From: a virus
Taxonomy: Duplodnaviria > Heunggongvirae > Uroviricota > Caudoviricetes
DNA length: 64,000 bases
Reading direction: 5' to 3' (one strand)
IMG/VR virus record: IMGVR_UViG_3300010885_072628
A program made the position numbers and the translations under genes. Under the pieces are notes generated by a model. That model saw nothing but the letters and a program-made list of their open reading frames with translations. It did not search any database and had not been told where the DNA came from. Shown in pieces: positions 37,805 to 47,377 of the stretch (position 1 is its first letter; every line of letters begins with the position of its first letter).

Positions 37805-38136
37805 AAACTCTATCTACAACATTTGTAAAAAAAATCAAAAAAGTCTTGAAGGACGAAAACATCAATGATATAGAGACCGATGTTCTTGTAGCAAAAGATG
37901 TAAATCACTTCAAGTATCTTTATTTGCATTTCAAGTCTAGGGAATTCTCAGTTCAAGATGACAATGTTTATGTTTCTGCAATTTTGTTGCTAAATAAAAA
38001 CAAAATCAAATATCACATATGTTTAGAAAGTGATGATAAATGCTTGGTGTTTGTTCCTTACAATCAAACAATTGGGTGTTTAGTGGAAGAAGAACCGATT
38101 TGGGTAGATTATCAAGGTGGAAATCATGAAAATTGA
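37801..38136 (+). CDS. hypothetical protein
   Basis: 111-aa ORF. Confidence 0.3.
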   Translation: MKTLSTTFVKKIKKVLKDENINDIETDVLVAKDVNHFKYLYLHFKSREFSVQDDNVYVSAILLLNKNKIKYHICLESDDKCLVFVPYNQTIGCLVEEEPIWVDYQGGNHEN

Positions 38137-38758
38137 ATATGCGGAAAACCCTTTAGCATCTAAAATTTATTTAGATGATAGTGAAAAGAAACTATTGTTC
38201 TGGAAGTATAAATGGGATCTATTAGGCGATGAAATATACGGTTTCTATTACTGGATGAAAGAACCAGAAAAACAAAAAGCCGGATTTAAAGAACACAATA
38301 ACGTTCAAGGCTTAGAAGCTTATGAAAAACTAGAACAAAGTATGCTTTCTGATCCTTTGAATACTGTCTATGAAAAATTAGATAAAATTTCAGAAAATAT
38401 GTCTGACATGCAATATGATGAGTCTGCTATAAAAGACTTCATAGAAGCTTTGCAAGAAAGTCATCATGGAGATTGTATCAGCCAGTGTTGCTCATGTTTA
38501 AAATGTTATGTAGAAGATCAATTGGACATGGATTACGATGTGCCAAATTTTCGTGAACAATCTGGACACACAATTAATGGAGCCTTTTTCAAGCCAGATC
38601 AAACAATCGAACAAGCTATTGATTATCTAAAAAACAAAGATTTTAATACTGCTGAAATTTTGGCATATCAAAAAGAAGTCGTCGATAGATGGAAACAAGA
38701 AAATTCATCAGCTATTGAGTATTTGGAATATTACAAAAAAGAAATTTTAAAAAGGTGA
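38117..38758 (+). CDS. hypothetical protein
   Basis: 213-aa ORF. CISQCCSCLKC cluster. Confidence 0.35.
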   Translation: MEIMKIEYAENPLASKIYLDDSEKKLLFWKYKWDLLGDEIYGFYYWMKEPEKQKAGFKEHNNVQGLEAYEKLEQSMLSDPLNTVYEKLDKISENMSDMQYDESAIKDFIEALQESHHGDCISQCCSCLKCYVEDQLDMDYDVPNFREQSGHTINGAFFKPDQTIEQAIDYLKNKDFNTAEILAYQKEVVDRWKQENSSAIEYLEYYKKEILKR

Positions 38759-38762
38759 ACCT

Positions 38763-39176
38763 ATGTGCCAAATATGCGAATGTGAACCAGAATATTTTGG
38801 AGAAATTCTTGAAGACTGGTTTCTTTATCGAGCCACGAAAGAGAGCAATGAATGTGGTGTTTATCGTATTGAGGTTGGAGAATGGTTCTTAGCCAGACTT
38901 AATAGTGGGCAATCTTATTGTAGCTGGACCGAAGAGAGAGAACGAGAATGCATCAAAGATTTTATTGGCAATGAAACATACGCCGATGATCTTATGTGGT
39001 GCAATCCTCAAGTTGGATACTGGATCACCTCGGCGGCTATAAAAAGGGGATATGATCCCGAAGAAAACAATTTCAACAATTGGTTTTTGGCTCTTTTAAT
39101 CGAACACAGAAAAACTCATCAAACTGCCATAGAAAAGAAAAATCATATACGCCTCAAACTGTTGCATCATGGGTAA
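38763..39176 (+). CDS. hypothetical protein
   Basis: 137-aa ORF. Confidence 0.35.
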   Translation: MCQICECEPEYFGEILEDWFLYRATKESNECGVYRIEVGEWFLARLNSGQSYCSWTEERERECIKDFIGNETYADDLMWCNPQVGYWITSAAIKRGYDPEENNFNNWFLALLIEHRKTHQTAIEKKNHIRLKLLHHG

Positions 39177-39240
39177 AAACCCCATACACAAAACATTACA
39201 CATTCTCAAAAACGGAACTATCAAAAAACAGGATTAGTTT

Positions 39241-39720
39241 ATGTTGATACACACAAAAGGTAATATCATCGATCTAGCAGAGCAAGGTCTTTTTGATGTT
39301 ATAGTTCATGGTTGTAATTGTCAAAACACTATGGGTTCTGGAATTGCCAAGGAAATTAGAGAAAGATACCCACAGGCTTACGAATCAGACACTCAGATAT
39401 CTAAATCTAAAAACGCAAATCAAAAATTAGGCACATACTCTGAGGCGAATGTAGGCAAATTTGTTATCATTAATGCTTATACACAACTAAATTATTTACC
39501 TCGTGGTCAAGACCATTTTGATTATGAAGGCTTTGATAAAATTTTAAACATTTTGCTAAATCAATATGGTAACGCTTCTATTGGTTTTCCTTATATAGGA
39601 ATGGGATTAGCGGGTGGAGATTCAAACAAGATAATTGAATCTCTTGAGTCTTTTGCTAAAAAAGTTTCTAAGGTAGGCGGCAAGGTTACACTAGTAGAAT
39701 TTGACAAAGGAACTCGCTAA
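39241..39720 (+). CDS. macro domain protein, TARG1/DarG-like subfamily. Candidate ADP-ribose removal from DNA or protein.
   Basis: HTKGNIIDL...DVIVHGCNCQNTMGSGIAKEI...PYIGMGLAGGD parallels TARG1 YVKGDLF...HCISEDCRMGAGIA...PRIGCGLD. Confidence 0.6.
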   Translation: MLIHTKGNIIDLAEQGLFDVIVHGCNCQNTMGSGIAKEIRERYPQAYESDTQISKSKNANQKLGTYSEANVGKFVIINAYTQLNYLPRGQDHFDYEGFDKILNILLNQYGNASIGFPYIGMGLAGGDSNKIIESLESFAKKVSKVGGKVTLVEFDKGTR

Positions 39721-40133
39721 TGGAACAGCTTCTGATTCATCTTTTCGGGGACTACTGGCTTCAGAGTGACTGGATGGCTCTTAATAAAACCAAGCAGACG
39801 CTTCCATGCTCTGTGCATTGTTTTATTTACACTTTGCCTTTTTTGCTTTTTACCGACAACATATTGGCATTATTTTTGATCTTTGCAACTCATTTTGTCG
39901 AGGATCGCTGGTCTCTCGTAAAATATTTTATCTGGTTTAAGAATCATGCCAATCCAACGTTGACATATCCATCATTTGACAAATGTAGCGTCACTGGATA
40001 TTATGACACATGGAACCCAGACAATAAAGACGGTCGCCCAAACTGGATAACAACTTGGCTGTACATAATCACCGACAATTCATACCACTTGCTGTGTAAT
40101 TTCCTAATCCTTAACTATTTTGAAAGAATCTAA
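39720..40133 (+). CDS. hypothetical protein (DUF3307-like?)
   Basis: HLFGDYWLQSDWMA motif. Confidence 0.3.
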   Translation: MEQLLIHLFGDYWLQSDWMALNKTKQTLPCSVHCFIYTLPFLLFTDNILALFLIFATHFVEDRWSLVKYFIWFKNHANPTLTYPSFDKCSVTGYYDTWNPDNKDGRPNWITTWLYIITDNSYHLLCNFLILNYFERI

Positions 40134-40923
40134 AATGACTCAAGAACAAATGAAATTGCTCAAACAAATAATTGTCGGTGAGATTAAACTTGCACTGTCA
40201 GCTCATAACCACTGGCTCCACCAGCTCGGCCCGTCTGCCTCTGAGCCAAACGATTGGTCAAACTATGTGTTACAGGAATTCGTCAAGTTTGGCTTTGATT
40301 CACACGATCCCAAAAATGGCTTGAAAAATCATCGTCCTATAAAACTCGGTGCAATGCAAAAAGAGCTATGGGATAGTCTCTTCTGCCAATTTCCCGTTAG
40401 CGAGCAGAAGGCAACTAAAGAACAAGAAGTTCCTTCCAAAGATTCCAAAGATTCTAAAGAAGTGGATGTAAAAAAAGAACTAAATGATTTCAGTGAAGCT
40501 TCCAACGCACATTCAAAATTGATTGAAAAGTGGAAAAAACGATTGGAAACGTTCCAAGAGAACCCCCATATTGCCGATGGGATGAATCCCATAACTTCGA
40601 TGGGAGTGCAGCAAGGTCGAACAAAATGCTTGGCAGACTGCATCAAGGAGCTTGAGGACGCAATGAAAGAACAAGAAGTTCCCTCCAAAGAAGTGGATGT
40701 AAAAAAAGAATTATCAACTTTGGATCGAAATGACTTCGGCCAAGTTTGCAGTCTTGTCGATAGAATTTTTGAAGATATAACGGAAGTTTTGAAAGTGGCC
40801 GCAAGTTCGAACATCATTAGTCAATCGGATGCTCTTGAAGGCGTGCTGAAAGATTACATGATCGACCTCATCAATCCCGATCTTCTAGATTTTAATTCAT
40901 TGAAAGCCACACGAGTTGAATAA
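40120..40923 (+). CDS. hypothetical protein with an internal KEQEVPSK-DVKKEL duplication
   Basis: 267-aa ORF. Minus-strand overlap rejected. Confidence 0.35.
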   Translation: MKESKMTQEQMKLLKQIIVGEIKLALSAHNHWLHQLGPSASEPNDWSNYVLQEFVKFGFDSHDPKNGLKNHRPIKLGAMQKELWDSLFCQFPVSEQKATKEQEVPSKDSKDSKEVDVKKELNDFSEASNAHSKLIEKWKKRLETFQENPHIADGMNPITSMGVQQGRTKCLADCIKELEDAMKEQEVPSKEVDVKKELSTLDRNDFGQVCSLVDRIFEDITEVLKVAASSNIISQSDALEGVLKDYMIDLINPDLLDFNSLKATRVE

Positions 40924-41273
40924 TGAATACTTCGAATAAACAAAAACCAATAGCTTGGGCAGTGATGGACTCCAGTGGAAATGTGGTCGAGCTTGCAAAA
41001 ACCAGATTATCTCTTGAGCACGATCACATTAGATCAGATGATAAAATAGTGGCGTTATATTTGTCCACTAACGAGGAGCTTAGTCAAAATGCTCAAAAAT
41101 GCTTTGATGGTTGGAAACAATTAGCAGACATGGATGATGAGGCTCTTGAAAGCGAAGAGGCGGAAAAAATTCGTGACGAACTAGATGTTCACTGGGACAA
41201 GCTCACAGAAGAAGATAGGGCACAACTTGATCAGAAAATAATTGATTACACAAGTACGAAAAATGATAAATAA
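40923..41273 (+). CDS. hypothetical protein
   Basis: 116-aa ORF. Confidence 0.3.
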   Translation: MNTSNKQKPIAWAVMDSSGNVVELAKTRLSLEHDHIRSDDKIVALYLSTNEELSQNAQKCFDGWKQLADMDDEALESEEAEKIRDELDVHWDKLTEEDRAQLDQKIIDYTSTKNDK

Positions 41274-41544
41274 ATTTGGATATGGACATGATTTGGCAAA
41301 AAATCCTGAAGATTTTTTTCAAAAAGTAATTTCTTGGAAAAATGATATTAAGCCATCGGATATTGCGGTCAAAACAGCCAAAAAACTTGTAGAGATGATG
41401 CAAGAGAAGCCAAGATCTCTGTGTATTTTTGAAGATTTAATCATTATTGACTATGATCACAGCACCATTGAAATAAAAGATAATATTGGAGAATTTTCGT
41501 TTACAGAATTTTCGTTTACACATCTAGAGAAAAATCGTGAATAA
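41242..41544 (+). CDS. hypothetical protein
   Basis: 100-aa ORF. Confidence 0.3.
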   Translation: MITQVRKMINKFGYGHDLAKNPEDFFQKVISWKNDIKPSDIAVKTAKKLVEMMQEKPRSLCIFEDLIIIDYDHSTIEIKDNIGEFSFTEFSFTHLEKNRE

Positions 41545-42025
41545 AAACGCCCCAGATTATGATTCCTCAAAAGACACTCTTCTTCACATAAAAAGAGTTT
41601 CTGAACTACTCCACAGTGTGATTTCAGACTTTACTGAAAGAGCATCAAATCATGACAACTCTAAGTTGGACAGTCCAGAAAAAGAACTTTTTGATCAATA
41701 CACTCCTTTGTTGAAATCAACCACATACGGTAGCGAAGAATATAATAACTATCTTTCTCAACTTAAAGTTGGTTTGGATCATCATTACAAAAACAACTCT
41801 CACCATCCAGAGCATTATGATCTCGGAATTCAAGGAATGAATTTATTCGATCTTTTAGAAATGTTAGTTGATTGGAAAGCGGCAACCGAACGACATGCCG
41901 ATGGAAGTATCGAAAAATCTCTCGAAATCAATAAGACTAGATTCAACATATCATCAGAGTTATCAGCGATATTAAAAAACACAGTTGCTTATATGAGCAA
42001 AAAGAAAGAGTGGAGCAAAAAGTGA
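41537..42025 (+). CDS. putative HD-domain-like metal-dependent hydrolase
   Basis: HIKRV...ASNHDNSK...DHHYKNNSHHPEHY His/Asp-rich motifs. Confidence 0.3.
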   Translation: MNKNAPDYDSSKDTLLHIKRVSELLHSVISDFTERASNHDNSKLDSPEKELFDQYTPLLKSTTYGSEEYNNYLSQLKVGLDHHYKNNSHHPEHYDLGIQGMNLFDLLEMLVDWKAATERHADGSIEKSLEINKTRFNISSELSAILKNTVAYMSKKKEWSKK

Positions 42026-42441
42026 AAAAATCAATTAGTATAAAAGACTTTGTAACAACCATTAATTACTGTGTTGGTGAAGGAGAAAAACATAATTGGG
42101 AATGTTTCGGGCCATCAGCAAGATTTTTAGATTGGTCTGATCCCGACCTTTCATCTTCTGCTAGTATGGTGTATGATTCCTCTAGTTATTTTGTTTACGA
42201 AGTGACAGTATGGGACAATTTGAAAGACAAAGTTTATCGATGGATAACCCCTAAAAATTTAAAAAAATACAAAAACGAATCAAAGAAAAGATGCGTTAGT
42301 TTCACTTACGCTTATGATAGAGTTAAATATGAAGATGTCACTCCTACTAGAATACTAGGAATTTTAAAAAGACTTGTAGCTGCTGTTGGTTCTGTAAAAA
42401 AACAAAAGAAAAAGAAAAGAGATCTTTGGATCTGTCAATGA
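42010..42441 (+). CDS. hypothetical protein
   Basis: 143-aa ORF. Confidence 0.3.
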   Translation: MEQKVKKSISIKDFVTTINYCVGEGEKHNWECFGPSARFLDWSDPDLSSSASMVYDSSSYFVYEVTVWDNLKDKVYRWITPKNLKKYKNESKKRCVSFTYAYDRVKYEDVTPTRILGILKRLVAAVGSVKKQKKKKRDLWICQ

Positions 42442-42454
42442 AAGTTAACTCATA

Positions 42455-42742
42455 ATGGAAGAAAACTCTAAAGCCAGCACAATATTCAATCACCCCGCAG
42501 AATGGTTGAAAAAGCCTTTATTGGACCGCTTAGAAGAAATCCGAAAATTAAATTGCACTGGACCATGTGGTCAAAGCTCAAGCGTGATTAGCAAAAGAAC
42601 TTGTGAAAACCAAACCTTATTAGAGGCTATCACTTTAATCAAAAATGACACCACGCTCTTAGGAAAAGAAAAAACAAATCTTGAACGCCTTAATGTGCTC
42701 GATGAATTGTCCGCTCTTGATCAAGAACTTGGATTTTATTAA
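42455..42742 (+). CDS. hypothetical protein
   Basis: 95-aa ORF. Confidence 0.3.
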   Translation: MEENSKASTIFNHPAEWLKKPLLDRLEEIRKLNCTGPCGQSSSVISKRTCENQTLLEAITLIKNDTTLLGKEKTNLERLNVLDELSALDQELGFY

Positions 42743-42772
42743 CAACTTACGACAACAAAAAGGAAGAAAACA

Positions 42773-43429
42773 ATGTTTAGAAGAGATTTTTTGAAGGTCG
42801 CATCCTCTTTCAGTCTGTTTGGCTGTTTCAATAGCCAAAATCATTATAACAGCGAATATCAAAGCTTGTTGTCTCGTGCTGAGAAAAGCAGTCGAATAGA
42901 TCCTGTTTTGGGGGTTGTTCCGCTCAAGCTTTACAACTACCAAAAAAATATGTTGAGGCAAATCTGCGAAAATGACAAGGTCATATTCGTGAACGCTAGA
43001 CAAACTGGCAAGAGCACTTTGTTGAATTTATACAAGGATCACTTTATGGAGGGTTACAAACCTGGGAAAAATTGGCAATGCACTAGAGGCCGGTATTACT
43101 CTTTGGAGGCTAATGAAAACACAATAGTTGGCGATGAAGTTAATCGTTGGGATCAAAACCCCATGGTTACATTCAAAAATATCATCAAAAACCATTCCAA
43201 TAAAGAGAAAATAATCTTGGCTGGTAGTGTAGATCGTCACGGCAATATGAAATGGGCTGTGGAAAATGCCAAAAAATACGGTTTCAAGGTCTTTACATAC
43301 ACTATTTATGATTGCTGGGACGAATGGCCAATCGATGCTGCAGGAGTGTCGGTAGCGGAGAGATTTAAAAATATAAGAGAAAGCCATGGCAGAGAATGTT
43401 GGGCCAAAGAAATGGAGTGTGTTTTGTGA
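42773..43429 (+). CDS. P-loop NTPase (terminase-ATPase-like Walker A) with a Tat-signal/lipobox-like N-terminus
   Basis: MFRRDFLKVASSFSLFGC (RRxFLK plus LFGC). Walker A NARQTGKST. Walker B IVGDEV. Confidence 0.35.
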   Translation: MFRRDFLKVASSFSLFGCFNSQNHYNSEYQSLLSRAEKSSRIDPVLGVVPLKLYNYQKNMLRQICENDKVIFVNARQTGKSTLLNLYKDHFMEGYKPGKNWQCTRGRYYSLEANENTIVGDEVNRWDQNPMVTFKNIIKNHSNKEKIILAGSVDRHGNMKWAVENAKKYGFKVFTYTIYDCWDEWPIDAAGVSVAERFKNIRESHGRECWAKEMECVL

Positions 43430-43749
43430 ACAATATTCATCGTTTCAAGAACGAAATTCTAGCAGAGATTGATGCCATAATCCCCGCCCCCTCCACATAT
43501 ATCCAAGAGGGAAAAGTCGCACAAAGGAGGCTATTCAGTTTGATTGATGCCTATTTGTGTGACGAGTTTTCTAGTCGAGAATTTTTAATCGATTTGAAAA
43601 AATGTCTTGGCGTTTCGGACAATTCGAGAGCCGATTATGCCAAGGAAGTCAAAGTACGTGGCAAAGAGGTGATCATAAAGTTCGACACGGCTCAAGATGC
43701 CAGAATTTTTGGTGATGACATTATAAATTTAGTGTGGACAAATGATTGA
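43396..43749 (+). CDS. hypothetical protein
   Basis: 117-aa ORF. Confidence 0.3.
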   Translation: MLGQRNGVCFVNNIHRFKNEILAEIDAIIPAPSTYIQEGKVAQRRLFSLIDAYLCDEFSSREFLIDLKKCLGVSDNSRADYAKEVKVRGKEVIIKFDTAQDARIFGDDIINLVWTND

Positions 43750-44275
43750 AAAGGAGATAAAATTGAACAAGCCAATAGTTTATATTGCCTCGCCATACAC
43801 AAAAGGCGACGTAAGCATTAACGTGCATTTTCAGTGTAAGATTTTTGACGAACTGATGGATGACGGAATAGTGGTGCCTGTGGTTCCTCTGTGGAGCCAC
43901 TTTCAGCACACAATATTTCCTCGACAATACAAAGATTGGATAGCATACGATTTGGCTCTTCTATGCCGATATGATGCTTGTCTGAGGCTAGATGTCATCA
44001 ATGAAAAACTAAACTACCATCAACATGATAGCTCTGGTGCAGATGGCGAGGTTGAAGAATTCAAGAGGTTAGGCAAGCCTGTCTTTTTCAGCAAGGCAGA
44101 ATTGTATGAATGGGTCAAGGCACCGGCAGAAGAAGAGGATAACTCACCGGCAGAAGAAGAGGATTGGTTGGGGCATTTGCATGGTCCTGTTGGACCGACA
44201 AGCGGAAAACGAATCCGCAGCAAGAAGTTTAAAAATCAAGGCAGTACTACCACTAAAAAAGCAACCATAGAATGA
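43742..44275 (+). CDS. nucleoside 2-deoxyribosyltransferase-fold (DUF1937-like) protein
   Basis: PIVYIASPYTKGD N-terminal motif typical of the NDT-like fold. Confidence 0.3.
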   Translation: MIEKEIKLNKPIVYIASPYTKGDVSINVHFQCKIFDELMDDGIVVPVVPLWSHFQHTIFPRQYKDWIAYDLALLCRYDACLRLDVINEKLNYHQHDSSGADGEVEEFKRLGKPVFFSKAELYEWVKAPAEEEDNSPAEEEDWLGHLHGPVGPTSGKRIRSKKFKNQGSTTTKKATIE

Positions 44276-44517
44276 AACTATATTTATTATTGGCTGGTCA
44301 TTTTTATTATCCCCTCGACGGCACTGGTGATTGGATCAAATGCTTCGATACTTCGAAAGAAGCTGAAGATTATGTTAAAGTGAAAGAACATCACGAATAT
44401 TTTTCTAAAGGTAAAAATAAAGGGCAAATAAAAAGTACATCCACTTCTTATTTGATCGATGGCAGTGAATACGAATGGATTGATATTGTGGATTTAAAAA
44501 ATTGGACCTTCAAATGA
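44272..44517 (+). CDS. hypothetical protein
   Basis: 81-aa ORF, ATGA-coupled. Confidence 0.3.
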   Translation: MKLYLLLAGHFYYPLDGTGDWIKCFDTSKEAEDYVKVKEHHEYFSKGKNKGQIKSTSTSYLIDGSEYEWIDIVDLKNWTFK

Positions 44518-45104
44518 AAAACCTCCCAGACGATTTTCCTGATTCATCATCAAGCCTTAATCCTTCAACCCTAACCCAGTTAAGGTGGAGCAGAGTGTTG
44601 GCCGCAATTAAGGCGATGAACAACCTCACGGATGATTGGGATGGAGACGGAGCAGTTGCTCCGACCTTATTGATACTTAAGAATGCGGAGCGGATTGCAG
44701 AAATCCTAGCAAGCAATGAAGCTCCAACCCGAGTCATTACCTCAGTAAACGGCACTGTTGTTTTTGAATGGAACTCAGGATTATATTTAGAACTAGAGGT
44801 CGAAGATGGATTCTCTGCGACTTTTCGACAAGTTGTTGCGGAATCAGTTTCCACTGGCCTCGATAAACTTGACAATACTATTGAAAATCGTATTCTTGAG
44901 CTTGAAAAGCATGTGAAAAATCCTCCGGGAACTTCTTTAACTAGAGTTCTCTTTCACCCGGTTGGGCGAGGTTGGGCATTCTCCCTTGGACAAATGTCAA
45001 CTCCTCCTCATCTTTTTACTGGGGACACTATAGAAAGTGTTGTGTCTCAGGCAGAAGAACATTTAAAGAAATATAATCAATTCCAATCTCATTCAATTAC
45101 ATGA
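44502..45104 (+). CDS. hypothetical protein
   Basis: 200-aa ORF. Confidence 0.35.
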   Translation: MDLQMKNLPDDFPDSSSSLNPSTLTQLRWSRVLAAIKAMNNLTDDWDGDGAVAPTLLILKNAERIAEILASNEAPTRVITSVNGTVVFEWNSGLYLELEVEDGFSATFRQVVAESVSTGLDKLDNTIENRILELEKHVKNPPGTSLTRVLFHPVGRGWAFSLGQMSTPPHLFTGDTIESVVSQAEEHLKKYNQFQSHSIT

Positions 45105-45111
45105 GGAAACC

Positions 45112-45624
45112 ATGAACGAACAAAAACTAGTAGAACTAGCAAGAGAAATTGAAGATACCGCAAATTCTTATTATAATGAATCAAATCCAGATGTTCCAAG
45201 AATACTGGATGAGATAGTAATGAGTTCTCGTGCAATGATTGATATGCTGCAAGAAAAACTTCATTTTAGTTTGCGGGACGCTACCGGTAGGCTGACGCAA
45301 AAAGAAGCAGAAGAATTTGAAAAAATTATTTCTACTACGAAACCTTACGAATTTCCTAAAGATTATGTAGCACCAAAAGAAATTTCTTCCAAAGAGTTCC
45401 TTGAACGAATAAAAGAAGAGCTACCAACAATGGGTAACTTCACACCTTATTCTTATTACAACGAATCCATGGATGAAATACAGGTTTATTTTAAAGATGA
45501 AAGCTGTTACACCAAGCCCGTAAATGATAAATTAGAATTATATTTATCATATGATAATGATGTGATTGGAGTGAAGGTTCTTGGGGTTAAAAAATTAATT
45601 CAAGATAAAGGAAAATTCAAATGA
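45112..45624 (+). CDS. hypothetical protein
   Basis: 170-aa ORF. Confidence 0.35.
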   Translation: MNEQKLVELAREIEDTANSYYNESNPDVPRILDEIVMSSRAMIDMLQEKLHFSLRDATGRLTQKEAEEFEKIISTTKPYEFPKDYVAPKEISSKEFLERIKEELPTMGNFTPYSYYNESMDEIQVYFKDESCYTKPVNDKLELYLSYDNDVIGVKVLGVKKLIQDKGKFK

Positions 45625-46013
45625 CAACGCTCGTAAATTTCACAAAAAAGTATATTACACAAAAAATTAGTTCAATTAGTTTAGATCATTTTGATGGACA
45701 AAGTTTCGAGAGTATTATTTCTCAACTAAATGAAAAATCTAAGAAGGCAGAGTCTGAATTCCCTTCGATGAAGCCACCGACAATGAAACATATTTATTTA
45801 GAGAAAATATATGATAGGCATAATGAAACTTATTATTTCGATGTAATGATTGAAAGACTAGAAAACGATAAAGAGTATGATAATAGAATTAAAGAAGAAA
45901 AAAAAGAACAAGAAAGAAAAGCAAAAATGGCGGCTAGACAAGAAACAAAAAAAGAAAAGTTTGAAGAAAAAGAGTACCGAAGACTAAAAAAGAAATACGA
46001 GAAAAAAGCATGA
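45621..46013 (+). CDS. cassette-family protein (type A N-domain) with a conserved K/E-rich C-terminal tail ...RLKKKYEKKA
   Basis: ERLENDKEYDNRIKEEKK...EYRRLKKKYEKKA. 3' junction ctaaaaaagaaatacgagaaaaaagcATGA. Confidence 0.4.
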   Translation: MTTLVNFTKKYITQKISSISLDHFDGQSFESIISQLNEKSKKAESEFPSMKPPTMKHIYLEKIYDRHNETYYFDVMIERLENDKEYDNRIKEEKKEQERKAKMAARQETKKEKFEEKEYRRLKKKYEKKA

Positions 46014-46425
46014 TATGCAACAAATGCAATAAGGGAGAAATTCAAACATCAACAGCAGGTGATATTGATTTTTTTGGTTGCAACAAATGCGATAATGGCT
46101 GGATCGTGGAAAATGGAAAGAAATATATTAGACAAGGGCTTGATGCTTTTTCTTTTAATGAGTCATCTGATTTAGGCACATTTACTTTAGATGATGCAAT
46201 TAATTATCTGGAAAAAATAAAATCTCTTCACCCAGAAGCGAATCAATTTTATTTAAGAGTAGAAAAAAATCATTATGACGATCTGAATTGTTTTGTTGTA
46301 GAGATGGAAAGGTTAGAAACAGACAAAGAGTACAGTAAGAGAATCAAATTGGAAGAAAAAAACAAGAAGCTATTGAAAGAAAAGAACTCGCAAGATTGAA
46401 AAAGAAATACGAGAAAAAATCATGA
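46010..46425 (+). CDS. cassette-family protein (zinc-ribbon N-domain, type A tail). Needs a -1 frameshift at A_AAA_AAC (46357-46363) to reach the conserved tail. Zero-frame product ends at 46399.
   Basis: Frame 0: ...ETDKEYSKRIKLEEKNKKLLKEKNSQD*. Frame -1 continues ...KKQEAIERKELARLKKKYEKKS*, ending in the same ATGA junction (46422-46425) as its paralogs. Confidence 0.4.
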
Positions 46426-46652
46426 CAAATAAAGAGTTTGATTTATATACCTCCCATATTTGGAATACACATTTTTTTTATGAAGAATTTGATTATCCTT
46501 GCTATTCGGGATTAAATGATAAGTTCCAAGGTTCTTCTGAAGCATGTGATGCTATGCAAAGAATCTGGGGCGTTACATATAAAACCAAAGAACAGTTTCA
46601 GAATGCTTACAAAACTCAACTTAAAATATTAGGAGAAGATATAAATTCATGA
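46422..46652 (+). CDS. hypothetical protein
   Basis: 76-aa ORF. Confidence 0.3.
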   Translation: MTNKEFDLYTSHIWNTHFFYEEFDYPCYSGLNDKFQGSSEACDAMQRIWGVTYKTKEQFQNAYKTQLKILGEDINS

Positions 46653-46846
46653 AAGACTTATTCAAAACAAAATATCGCTTAGTTGAAAGAAAATATCCTC
46701 TTGGATATGTTGAATATTTTATTCAATACAAATTTTGCTGTATCTTGTGGCTTGATATTAGCTGCTATGGTAACTTATCCGCAGCACAAGGTTCATTCAA
46801 AAATTTAACAAATCCAACCGTTGAAACAATATTGGAAACAACATGA
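46649..46846 (+). CDS. hypothetical small protein
   Basis: 65-aa ORF. Confidence 0.25.
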   Translation: MKDLFKTKYRLVERKYPLGYVEYFIQYKFCCILWLDISCYGNLSAAQGSFKNLTNPTVETILETT

Positions 46847-47376
46847 AACAAATCAAGTATAACAATTATGAATTTAGAGCTAAAGTTAGTGGGAAATATA
46901 TAGTTCCCGGTGGAAAAGGAGGGCACTACTATAGGCATTATTACAAAGAAAAAGATATCCCGAACATCATCAAAGAAATAGAAGCTGAATATCCGAGATA
47001 TAAAGGAAAAATAAAACCTTTTCGTCTTCTTATTGAAGAAGTTCAACTTCCTAGCAATATAATTAAAAAATCACTAAAAGCTATTAAAGCAATAGAGAGG
47101 GAAATAGCTCATTACGGAATACGCAAAGATATTGCGGAAGCTATGAGAGAATTGGGGAGCCAAGGATTTGAGTTTTGTGGTCATGGCTACGGATTAAGTG
47201 GTGGCTACGAAGACTTTAGTTTGTTTAACAAGCATGTGCATGTAAACTTTTGTGATAAACACAAAAAGTGCGAGGTAACGATAAGCGATGATAATGAATT
47301 AGTATTTAATGGCACTATTGTTAAGGCAATGAATTACTTGTCCAAGAACAAATTAACAAGAAAACAAAAGGTTTAA
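46843..47376 (+). CDS. hypothetical protein
   Basis: 177-aa ORF. Confidence 0.35.
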   Translation: MKQIKYNNYEFRAKVSGKYIVPGGKGGHYYRHYYKEKDIPNIIKEIEAEYPRYKGKIKPFRLLIEEVQLPSNIIKKSLKAIKAIEREIAHYGIRKDIAEAMRELGSQGFEFCGHGYGLSGGYEDFSLFNKHVHVNFCDKHKKCEVTISDDNELVFNGTIVKAMNYLSKNKLTRKQKV

Positions 47377-47377
47377 A

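Noticed and set aside
40329-40817. Minus-strand 162-aa ORF inside 40120..40923
   Set aside because: Fully contained in a longer + strand ORF within the co-directional operon. Low-complexity Ser/Phe-rich product.
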